Shown: one piece after another, positions 42,424-52,225 of the stretch
Layout: each line of letters starts with the position of its first letter
Numbering within the stretch: the first letter of the stretch is position 1
Sequence record: NC_041937.1
Length of the DNA stretch: 64,000 nt
Strand: one strand, 5' to 3'
Origin: Escherichia phage V18
The notes under the pieces: generated by a model
Databases searched by the model: none
What the model was told of the DNA's origin: nothing
What the model saw: only the letters and a program-made list of their open reading frames with translations
Translations under genes and position numbers: made by a program

Positions 42424-43031
42424 GATTTTATCCTCTTAGTGTCTTTTGTGCTTTCAGTGTATTTTGTGTCAGACTATATGTCAATACTTATTTTTTATTA
42501 AACCAGTGGTTGATCTGACCTTTTGTCAGGGCGCAACGGTTAAGCTGTTGCAGGGTATAGCTATGACCGCGACGGAATTTATAAAGGCCTTGCCCGTTGT
42601 TGATGGTTACATCCACCCGGCAAATCACTTGATTGGTGACCACCTGGCGAGTATTGCGACGTACTTTAATTCCGTAGGCGTTCATGATTTTTATCCTCTC
42701 TGTTAATTAGTGTGGTGTTGTTCACCTTGCGAGGATAAGAATAACAGAACTATCCGAGCTGTCAACCATTGGTTAGAATTATTTTTTGGGCAGAATCCCC
42801 GCCCAGGTTAACCATCATTTTTTCGTACTCTTCTTTATGTTCCAATGCTTCCGTTTTAGCCTTTTCGACCAGGGTGATAGCCTCAGCGTCATTAATCGCT
42901 ACATTTCCCAGGTGAGTAGCATTACCTTTCATTTTTGTACCTCCTCTTCAATTGTTTACCCTACAGCATGGGCCTACCAGGTTTGCAAGATTTCACCCTC
43001 TCCCACCTGGTCAGTTAGGTCCTGCCAGGCT

Positions 43032-43320
43032 GGCCCCGCCAGGTTGCAGCGGTTGGCGCATTATGTTAGAAAAAAAATTTTGAAAAGGTGTTGACAGCGG
43101 CCCCGCCAGGTGGCACAATATACCTATCGAAAGGACGGCAGGCACCGGTGACGGGGGAGACAACCACCGGGGATGGGCGCTGCATAAAATGAGAACGGTT
43201 ATCATTATCATTTAAAAATTTATGCAAAAAATCCTTGCTTTCTTTGTCCTGTGTGATACTATAATAACAAGCCGGGGCAACAGGGGCCGGGAGACAATCA
43301 CCGGGCCTGCCCGTTATTCT
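43032..43320. repeat. non-coding repeat block: GGCCCCGCCAGGT copies and GGGAGACAAYCACCGGG units
   Basis: 13-mer at 43032-43044 and 43099-43111 (third copy at 36314-36326); 17-mer GGGAGACAA(C/T)CACCGGG at 43155-43171 and 43289-43305, exact reverse complement at 34648-34664; each 17-mer followed by a GAGAAYGRTTATCATT…AAAA segment. Confidence 0.5.
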
Positions 43321-43380
43321 GCAAACGAGAATGATTATCATTCAAAATTCTAAATGAGAACTCCTCGCATTTAACAAATT

Positions 43381-43900
43381 TAATTAGCATGCTAATTACC
43401 TTCCGTAACAATTTCCTATAAAATAGTACCCCATAAAATATTCCCATATAGAAATTTTAAAAATCCATTTCTGAAAACGAAAAATCGATTTCGTTCCCAA
43501 AAATTTTAGACCTGGTGCTGGACCAATTTCAAGAAAATCCGATTCAGAAAACGAAAAACAGATCGAGTACCGAAAAATTTATCGAGAAAAATTTTCAGAA
43601 AATTCAATCTTTGAAACGAAAAACAGATCGAGTACTTGGAAAGCTGTGCCGCAACTTCAAGATAGTGGTTGGATTATTACCATAAAAGGTCAAGGGTAAG
43701 CGGAGGAAGTTCCCGTAGAAGGGTGTGAGCATGTGCGGGAAATCTGTAATGGTGATCTGGAATATGGTGCAAACGATAGGATGAGTGATTCATCTCGTCG
43801 TGCCTGCTCTGAAAAATCCATTTTAGTTTTCGATCCATTTTCTGATTTTCTAAGGATTTTAAAATATCCGGGCAGGTAAAATATCAAAAGGAGGAAATCC
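43381..43900. repeat. direct-repeat array and palindrome in non-coding DNA
   Basis: Perfect 16-bp palindrome AATTAGCATGCTAATT 43381-43396; GAAAACGAAAAA(C/T)(A/C)GAT(C/T)G units at 43472-43492, 43546-43569, 43612-43634; AAATCCATTTT recurring near 43460, 43802, 43883. Confidence 0.5.
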
Positions 43901-45798
43901 ATTTTAGAAATCCCCCTTACACTTGATATGCCAGGAATTTTCAAGTATCAGCTGTTTTTGTTTTTAGGTTTGTACATGCGCAGAGGTATGGTCGTAACAG
44001 TCCATCTCCCCAGCCCTTCCCAGTTCCAGTTGTAGGCATGGTACCCGGTTATGCATGCACTGCTAGAGTGGTCATAGGCATAAGAGAACGCTATACGCAC
44101 CAAATGGAACCAGTCTTTCCACGGTTGTGGTCCGTAAGCTTTTCTCCAACACCGACACAAACTAAATGTCTCAAGAATAGGCAGGATAACAAATCCATAC
44201 ACCGCCACCAGAATAGCCAGCGCAATGATTGTCAGGAATACATACCCTGCAGTTGAAACGATGATCTCTGTCATTTGTCGTCCCCTTTCTTACGGATATA
44301 GATGTGAGAGCCTGCCTGTATATAAATTTCTCGACCATCTTCTGCAAAGATATGAAATACACGATCACCTTCATACTCGATACGTGATATCTTCATAATG
44401 GTCTTTCCACCTGGGATGCGGATCTCGTCCCCCACAGCGATGTTCCATGCAGATTTAAGCTTAAACATCTGCACCCTCCTTTGGGAGCTCTAACTCTGGC
44501 ATAGCCATATACGCCACAACAGGGTTGTAATCAAAGTAGAAATGACCGTTAATTATCCCAGTTTTGTGAGCATAGTCACCAGATCCTGCAAGAACAACCT
44601 CGCAAACTCCGAAATCCACCTTGCCATTCTCATCTGCCATGGCTACAATATACTTTCCTAGAGGCATGTTTTTAACGCCGTCTACAAATGTCCACCCTTT
44701 GTTCATACTTTATCTCCTGCATTCTCTTAAGGTAACCAGTAAACAATCTCGCCTTTCAGCTTCATGTCGTTTCCAACATAAATTTGCCAGCCATCCATCT
44801 TAGCAGCTGCAGGCCCAAAGTCATCCGCACCCCTTACCTCTTTCCAGGTCCCGTAGTCAGGTTGCCAGATGTAAAATCCACCATCTTTATCCCATGCTCC
44901 GTACACTACGTTTAACAGGTTTCCCATTGCAACAATGGTGGGCCGTGGGAATAATACATCTACAGATGCGCCACAATTTCTGGTATCTTTTAAGTTGCAA
45001 TCCCAAAAGATGTCTGCCAGTGTGGCGGCGATAGCTTTACGTCTTTCCAATGTTACCATATCATACTCACTTTGTTAATAAGTTCTAAAACTTTCTGTCT
45101 TACTTTGTCAAGGTCTGTGGATTCAAAAACTGTACGGTATCCCCAACTTTGCCCATAGGAGTGACTGCAATCCCCGTAGCACCATTGCTCAATTTGATAG
45201 TATTCAAGGAACGGGTGCTGTCTAACTATGATACCATCTCGGTTAAAAATTACCATAATACATCGCTCTCTGTTAGTTTATGCGTATATTATACACTGCA
45301 GTCTTCAGATGTCAACCTCTTACAGATTGCTCCAGTACAATCGGCATTTACATTTTGGGCAATGAGGTTCTTTTATGTAATAACCGTCAGTCTTTGGAAC
45401 ACTTTTTGGTGCAGTTTTAAGATTGTACCTGGTAAAACATCGGAAGCAGGTTACCTCTCCCACCTGTTGATCGTTGATCCACTCACCAGAGTAAAGTTCT
45501 TTCTTGTTTCTCATAATTCTCTCCCAAATCATCTGCAATCTTATACCAAAATCTCCAGCCAGAAAGCACACGGGAACACTTTGAGGATTGAATCTTTACT
45601 TGGCTCGGAAGTTCTTTTCCGTATGGTAGGTAGAAATACCCTCCTGCAGATTCGAATATAGCTCCTTCGGTTGTATCTACCACAGCAAGAATTAAGATTT
45701 TAGTCTCCACAGTGCTCTCCTCTCTTAGTTGTTGTGGAAACTATATCACCTCAGAAGATGGTCGTCAACACTTTTAACCTTTCATGATTGAAAAGTAT

Positions 45799-46107
45799 TC
45801 AGCATTGGGTCCTGGGTAGAACTGGGTATACAGCTAGATTGCCATAAGCAGTCTCTTTGTCGGCTGCCAGTGCTTGAGGGAACTCACGGGCAATATCTTT
45901 CGCTATACCTGCACCCATTGTGTGAAAGCAGTTACAACCGTGGATCATGTGGCCTGACCCTTTCTTGAAAATGGAGATTAGATCTCCCTTTACAGTATCA
46001 ATAATCACGGTATGCCAACTCCTCTTCCGCAATTTCAAAAAACTCAGTCCAGCACTGTGGCATATTGGAGTTACCGAAGTGGCTTTCATAGTAAAGGTTC
46101 TCACCAC
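45799..46107 (-). CDS. macro-domain-like fragment (possibly truncated or frame-disrupted)
   Basis: Segment IIDTVKGDLISIFKKGSGHMIHGCNCFHTMGAGIAKDIAREFP resembles the N-terminal ADP-ribose-binding core of macro domains; ORF is too short for a full domain and overlaps 45998..46423. Confidence 0.3.
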   Translation of the reverse strand: MVRTFTMKATSVTPICHSAGLSFLKLRKRSWHTVIIDTVKGDLISIFKKGSGHMIHGCNCFHTMGAGIAKDIAREFPQALAADKETAYGNLAVYPVLPRTQC

Positions 46108-47221
46108 TTGGAAGGTAGAAATCTGTTACCTCATAGAATCCACAATCGTCGCACTCACCTTCTTCAAACTTGGCCTCAACCTTAATACCGAGGAAGGTAA
46201 AAAGTTTATGGATATCTTCAGTTTCGAACTCCCAGTGAATGTTGTTTTCCGCATCGGTATAGAACTGGATCAGCAGACCATTGTCCAGTTTACCAAAATA
46301 CTCTGTGAAGTAACTTCCTTCCCAGAAATCTTTATGACAAATAATATCCATGCGTTTACCCATAATAATGGTGTGAGCGTTTTGGGCATCGTCACGAATC
46401 AGTTTTGGCATTTCATAGCTCATCTTAGTTCTCCGGGTTCAACAGGTGGTGGCGCTACAGGAAGATCATAAAACATGGCTATCACAGTCTCTTACACAGG
46501 AATTGCTTCAAATAGACCGTTATCTATACCGTCCTTCAGGTAGAGGTTATATTCTATGTCGGTATCTGTATAAAGGGCAGCATCCAGCATTCTATCCGTG
46601 AGTCCATCCATCGGGGGGAGAAACCACCACCCACGCCAGTCAAAGTAACAGCCTGGTGCATCTTCTCTTACACGGATTCGATAAATCATGAGCAGTGGCC
46701 TCCTGTTAGTTATACATCCCAGTTTTCTTCGTTCATCACGTCCTCCCGTTCTATGAAGTTATAATTGCACACCTTTCAACCTGTGTCAACAGAAAACTTC
46801 AACAAATTCTTCCACAGTTTTAATGTCGTGGGAAAAAGGTTTACGGCTATAACGGGCAATAGCACTATCAACCACCGCCCGGTACTCCAAATCTTCAGAA
46901 TATTTCATGAAGCATTGTAGCGTCTCTGGACAGATAGCTAAATAGCTCCACCACCCCTCTTCAGATTGGTAGTCGAATCCCATACTCTCCAACCATGAAG
47001 CATATACGCCTGCACCCTCAAGCCAGTGAGTGTTTTCATCCAGGAACTTGTTAACAGACATGTGGGCTTCCAAGCATTTATCCAACTCTTTTCCGTTAAC
47101 CAGCCACGCACTGACCGTGGCGCATCCAAGGTCTACAGATTGAGTTGACAGGTTGTATTGGTCATAGTTCTCAGGCTTAACAATGATATCTTCTAATGTC
47201 ATTTTTCAGATCTCCTTATAC

Positions 47222-47250
47222 AAAAATGCCCCACCCTTTCGGGCAGGGCT
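47222..47250 (-). terminator. rho-independent terminator (minus strand)
   Basis: GCCCCACCCTTTCGGGCAGGGC hairpin 47228-47249 followed on the minus strand by a U-run; identical hairpin at 57908-57929. Confidence 0.45.
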
Positions 47251-47264
47251 ATGTCAGTTAGGTG

Positions 47265-47699
47265 CTAAAAGTATTCATAGAAGTATCCATCTGGAGCTGG
47301 AATTTTTTCATGAATGTAGTAACCAATATATATTCCGGTTTCTCTGCTACAAGAGTTGTGGGATACCCATTCTTTAAGAACGTTACCATTCATGTCCAAC
47401 CTCCTTACATTTTTGCACCGTCTACCGCTGGTGCTTCTATGCAACAGAATATCCTCCGTCTGCTTATCTTTATTTTCTCCCCAAGTCGTTAAACGGATAT
47501 TATCAAAAGAGTACCCTTTGAAATCATCTATCCTGTCACAAGAAGGCTTTTTCCTTTTGTCGTATCCGCTGGCTACCCACTGATCATACAACTCTTTGTA
47601 ACCGTTTAGGTATAGCCACTCCTTAAACTCTTTTTTGGTGTAAGTCGGAGGAGGGTGACCTCTTTGCTTGCTGTTGCACTTTTGAGCCTTGTACAACAC
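47265..47699 (-). CDS. hypothetical protein, weak HNH-like resemblance
   Basis: 144 aa; CDRIDDFKGYSFDNIRLTTWGEN loosely resembles the HNH_3 pattern H-IDGN…N-R—T-EN but lacks the first His. Confidence 0.25.
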   Translation of the reverse strand: MLYKAQKCNSKQRGHPPPTYTKKEFKEWLYLNGYKELYDQWVASGYDKRKKPSCDRIDDFKGYSFDNIRLTTWGENKDKQTEDILLHRSTSGRRCKNVRRLDMNGNVLKEWVSHNSCSRETGIYIGYYIHEKIPAPDGYFYEYF

Positions 47700-47809
47700 A
47701 CGTATTACACCTTTTTCTGAAGAGTCTTTAGCAAATTGGTCAGCCTCCCTGCTGGCCTTCTTGCAACACTCTTTGCACGTTGATTTGTTGCTGGTATAGA
47801 AGTCGGACC

Positions 47810-49036
47810 TTAGAAAGGGATCGAGTCATCGAACTCATACTGTGCTGGATTCTGATCCATTGGGTCATCTTCCTCATCATTTACAGGAGGAGCGTCTACA
47901 GTGTTTTGCTGTGGAGCTGCTTCCTGTTTGGCAGCTTGAGGTTCTTGATGGTCAGTGGACCCAGCACCGTTCTTGATCCAATCGTACAACGGCTCAGCCA
48001 GATTAGTCAAGACATCTTTTGCTTCTGCAGTAATTGCCGCTGCAAAATCATCAACTTTCGTTTTCTTGTCAATACGGCGACAAGCGTTCAACACCGCATT
48101 GCCGACACTGGCACCTACTTCATCTTCAGTTCGGTTGGTGGCTTGAGCATACTCTTTCTTAAGCTCAATGGTGACTACGTGCAGTGTTTTAGCCACGCCT
48201 AGTGGGTCGTCCACCTTAAACCCGCGATCCAGGATGATCTGCAACGCATTGATGCTATGTCCCGTCTCCACACCGATAGGGTCGTAAGAGGATTTACGCT
48301 TGCCACCAGAGCCTTGAGTGCCGTTCTCTGCCTTAGGAGGATAGGCCTTGAAACCACTGATAATGTTTCCGGTGTCTTTGTCAACAATGGCTGCAACACG
48401 ACCACCTACCACCAGGTCTTTAAGCTGCTCATCAGTGACAACCATAGCACCTTCGCCAATCTTGTGGTCATTAACAGTAACCACGTTGCCAACAATCTGA
48501 GTCACATCACCATAGATGCGTAAAACGTCCTGATTGGCATTCTGCTGAGGTTTCTGCTTCTGGCCTTGTGATTGTGCACCTTGTTGCTGTTTTTGCTGCT
48601 GAGTCGCTGCTGGAGCCTCTCCTGCACCCAGCTTAACCATCTTAGCCAGTGAGCCTTTGTAATAGGTCTTACCGTTATGCTCGTTTGCCTTCAAAGGGAT
48701 ATTTACGATCCATCCTGGCGTTACGGTTTCCCACTTGTCATCAATCTTAACAGAGACAGAGTCTTGATGACCCGGTTTAAGCAGTTTATCACCCATGCTG
48801 ATCCAGACTTCTTCACCACCTTGAAGCAGGTTATCAGAGGAATCCAGTTCAGAAATCAGTAAAGAGATGGTGTGGCTGGATTCAATTTTCTTACCTTGCC
48901 ACACAGTGGTTTTAATACCTGTTGTAGGATCAGTACCTTTGATAGGCTTGATGCTGACACGTTTAATCATGCCGTGAGCCAGTAAAACAGTTTCACGCGG
49001 ATTCATCGGGTTAGCGAATTGTTGAATAACGCTCAT
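47810..49036 (-). CDS. ssb: single-stranded DNA-binding protein
   Basis: 408 aa; Gln/Gly-rich linker; C-terminal acidic tail …EFDDSIPF matching the SSB C-terminal D-D-D-I-P-F type motif. Confidence 0.6.
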   Translation of the reverse strand: MSVIQQFANPMNPRETVLLAHGMIKRVSIKPIKGTDPTTGIKTTVWQGKKIESSHTISLLISELDSSDNLLQGGEEVWISMGDKLLKPGHQDSVSVKIDDKWETVTPGWIVNIPLKANEHNGKTYYKGSLAKMVKLGAGEAPAATQQQKQQQGAQSQGQKQKPQQNANQDVLRIYGDVTQIVGNVVTVNDHKIGEGAMVVTDEQLKDLVVGGRVAAIVDKDTGNIISGFKAYPPKAENGTQGSGGKRKSSYDPIGVETGHSINALQIILDRGFKVDDPLGVAKTLHVVTIELKKEYAQATNRTEDEVGASVGNAVLNACRRIDKKTKVDDFAAAITAEAKDVLTNLAEPLYDWIKNGAGSTDHQEPQAAKQEAAPQQNTVDAPPVNDEEDDPMDQNPAQYEFDDSIPF

Positions 49037-50427
49037 TATTTGTCTCCTTGTTCTTCGTTAGTGTTTGCCGTGTGTGCAAACCCTGCCTGAATTAATTTGT
49101 CCTGAACTTGAGCCAACAGGCCCATTGCAAAACTTGTGGTCCCAGAGAGAGCCATCAGCATATCTCGTTGTTGAGCTACCCAACCTAAGGCATAGTCCAA
49201 ACGACGATATTTTTCTTCTTCGCGCAGAGCCTGAAATAATTGTTCAGCCTCCGGTTGTTGTGTGAGCTCCTGAAGTCTTCCCATGAAAGAAGAAAGCACT
49301 AGCAAAAGAGACACTTGATCTTTACTTAACCCTAAGAAAAATTCTTGAGGTTGTTCTTGCTCGTTCATTGCAACCGACGTTTGATCGTTCATTTGTTCCA
49401 TTATGGAATCTCCGATTTTATTTGAACAACATAGAAGGAGACACTATTTTAGCATCCCCTTCTGCAAATTACAATAGGTATTTGTTAGCCAATCACTTCA
49501 AAAGTTCCCCAATTCCCGTCCAGCAGGCAGGTGATCGGATCCCCATCGTCGTCAAAGATTTCAAAGTTTTCAGCATCCAGGATGTGACCCTCGAACACGA
49601 TACTTTCGTCTCCACCACCAGAAATAACAGCGTATTCCTTACCTTGAGTCAAGTTTTGACACCCTTTGCCACCAAAACCTACTTCAACACAACGTACTTT
49701 CTGTCCTGCGCGAGCAACTGCTTCAGTCATCTTAAGGTCTCCTGATATTAATCGTCAAGTTCAAAATAGATTTTAACAGCTTCATCAAAGATTGGAATCC
49801 CGATGTTGTTGATAAGCTGCCAAACTACCATATCTTTACCTGGATCTGGGAGAATGTCAACCTTTCTCCATGCGCTGTATACCCAGTTCGGACCGCCTTC
49901 TGCACTAACTGGCAGATTTTCACCAGCTTCTTGTAGATACTTATACAGCAAAAGATATTCTGGATACTCTAGAACACTGTCCTCTGTAGTATATAGCAGT
50001 TCACGGTATACTTTTAAGAACCCTGCTGGGGTAATGTTTTCAGTCTTCATTTGCCGCTTCTCCTGCATTCATCAGGTCTGCCATAGCGTCACCCACGAAG
50101 AGGACAACCACATCGTTGACAGCGTCAGCATCATCTTTGTTGACGTTGCTGAATTTAGGACACACAGCAATGATCATATAGACACCGTTACCAACCTGAA
50201 CTGTCCGTGTGGTGCACATCATGGCGGTATTTGTGCCTTCTTTGAAGGCGAAGCTTGAAGACGCTCCTCTAAAGTGTTACCGGTAGATTTCAGAAGCGCC
50301 AGCTCGTCCAAGGCATAGATGATATCTCCGGAAGTTAGTGTTGCCTTGCCATCAGACACCATAATCACTCCATCAGCACCGTCAAGCTTAGAGGCTTCAA
50401 AGATATCAATATCCCAAATATTTTTCA

Positions 50428-50760
50428 TTACGCTTCCTCGTCGTCTAAGTAATCATCAAGAGAGGTGAAGATTTCACCGAAGTATTCTAAGATTTCTAGC
50501 TCACGTGTGGTGCAGCAAACATAATCTCCTTGGTCGTCCTTAATAGTGGCCTCTTTACCCAGAACATCTACTTCAAATTCATCGTTCAGCAGGACGGCCC
50601 CTGTGTAAACTTTGTCAGCTGTGCAGTCCCGAAAAGCAGAGTCCTTTTCCAGATAGTCTGGCTTAACCTTGGCTTTAATTCGTTGATATTGTTTGGTCAT
50701 TGCTGTGGTCTCCTTTCGTTTTGATAGGGCCATTATATTAGGCCCCATCACTGTTGTCAA
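50428..50760 (-). CDS. small acidic protein, tandem paralog 1
   Basis: 110 aa; KPDYLEKDSAFRDCTADKVYTGA… vs KPECVANDRAFKDCTVGAIYEA… in 50764..51018. Confidence 0.4.
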   Translation of the reverse strand: MTTVMGPNIMALSKRKETTAMTKQYQRIKAKVKPDYLEKDSAFRDCTADKVYTGAVLLNDEFEVDVLGKEATIKDDQGDYVCCTTRELEILEYFGEIFTSLDDYLDDEEA

Positions 50761-50763
50761 GTA

Positions 50764-51018
50764 TTAATGTTCAGGTTTTACAAAAACTACTTCATTAACA
50801 GTGCACCAGACAGAGTCTCCTTCGTCATCTTTAAAGGTAAGGCACTGTGCTGAGTTTTCCAGCTCATCAATCTCTTCTTGTGATAAAGGGGCCCCTTCTT
50901 CCAGAAGGGCTTTTACCAGAGGGTTCTCACAAAACTCTGCTTCATAAATTGCACCGACTGTGCAATCTTTAAAAGCTCGGTCATTTGCAACGCATTCTGG
51001 CTTCAAAGTAATTTTCAT
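50764..51018 (-). CDS. small acidic protein, tandem paralog 2
   Basis: 84 aa; see 50428..50760. Confidence 0.4.
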   Translation of the reverse strand: MKITLKPECVANDRAFKDCTVGAIYEAEFCENPLVKALLEEGAPLSQEEIDELENSAQCLTFKDDEGDSVWCTVNEVVFVKPEH

Positions 51019-52225
51019 CTTGGCAGTCTCCTTAGTTATTTAAAAATCAACGCTCTGTTTGTGTGAAGCATCTTATATCTAATCTTACTTCTTGTCAATG
51101 ACTATTTTCAATCAGCCACACAGGGTCGAGGTAGATTTGTTGGCGTGTTGCCCAATGACAAACTTCATTGTACATCTGCACCTCTTTGTCTGTCAATTCA
51201 CGAATAGGCTCATCTATACCCTCATTTTTGTGGTAATCCCAGTCGGCATCGATTTCCCACAGCCATGACTTGTTGTCACCACGCTTACGCACACAGAAGT
51301 CACCAGGACGGCCTGCCAGTGCATTTAAGAACTCGTTCTCTGCTCGCTCTTGAAGAATGCTAAGGAGCAAAACGTTGGAGCATGACCGTAAAATATGCTT
51401 CAGCTCACAATCATCAATCTCAACTTCAATACGTTGTTTGACTGTGTGGGTACCTTTTACTAACATCCTACCTCCTCTAAACGAACTCTGCAAGGGTTGT
51501 GTTGTTCACTGCACCACAGTAAATGGAGTATCCCAGCCCATTAGAGTGCAGAAACCACGGCGTGCCGAAATTATCTTTCACGTAGACATCGCCGTTGCTT
51601 GTAAAGGGCCAATATTCTTCACCAAGGGTGAAATACCTACTCATACCCTCAGCCAGATACTTTACTTTCATAGGTCCTCTTCAACAGCTACAAACTTGGC
51701 AAGCAGGGTGGTTCCGTAGATATGATACTCACCGTTTGCCAGATGGGAGATAAACCAGGCAATCCCTTCCTCGTCTTTAATCATCTTGTTTGCACGATTT
51801 TTATCGTAATAAACCTCGTAGGTCTTTCCTTCTTTAAAGAAGGACAGGTCTGTCATCTTTTCTTCTACAAAAGTAGCTTTAACCAAAGTTGTCATTGATC
51901 GGTCTCCTTCTTGTTAAGTCTGAATACTGCAATAATAGCATTCCCAAGGTGCAGTGTCAAATCATTTCCAAGATACCACAGCATCCCACGGTCATCTTTA
52001 ATGAAAGGGTAACAATCTGGTGCCTTCCAGACATTGTACACTTTGCCAACCTGAAAGAAATCAGGCCCTGTTGGGATTTTAGTTCCAGGCCACACTTGAG
52101 ATACCTGAACACATTCCACCTGCATAATAACAGGGATAGTCATGGATGTAAATGTTTTTGTTGGTTCTACTACCATAAAAGTCTCCTCTTTGCTCAACAA
52201 CACTTCCATGTGTTGATAGTTTACA

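Noticed and set aside
43460-43640. CRISPR array
   Set aside because: Only three imperfect repeats with irregular spacing and variable sequence; no cas genes anywhere in the window.
43066-43944. Track ORFs 43066..43341 and 43690..43944 (minus) as protein-coding genes
   Set aside because: They lie across the repeat arrays, have low-complexity translations and no ribosome-binding context.
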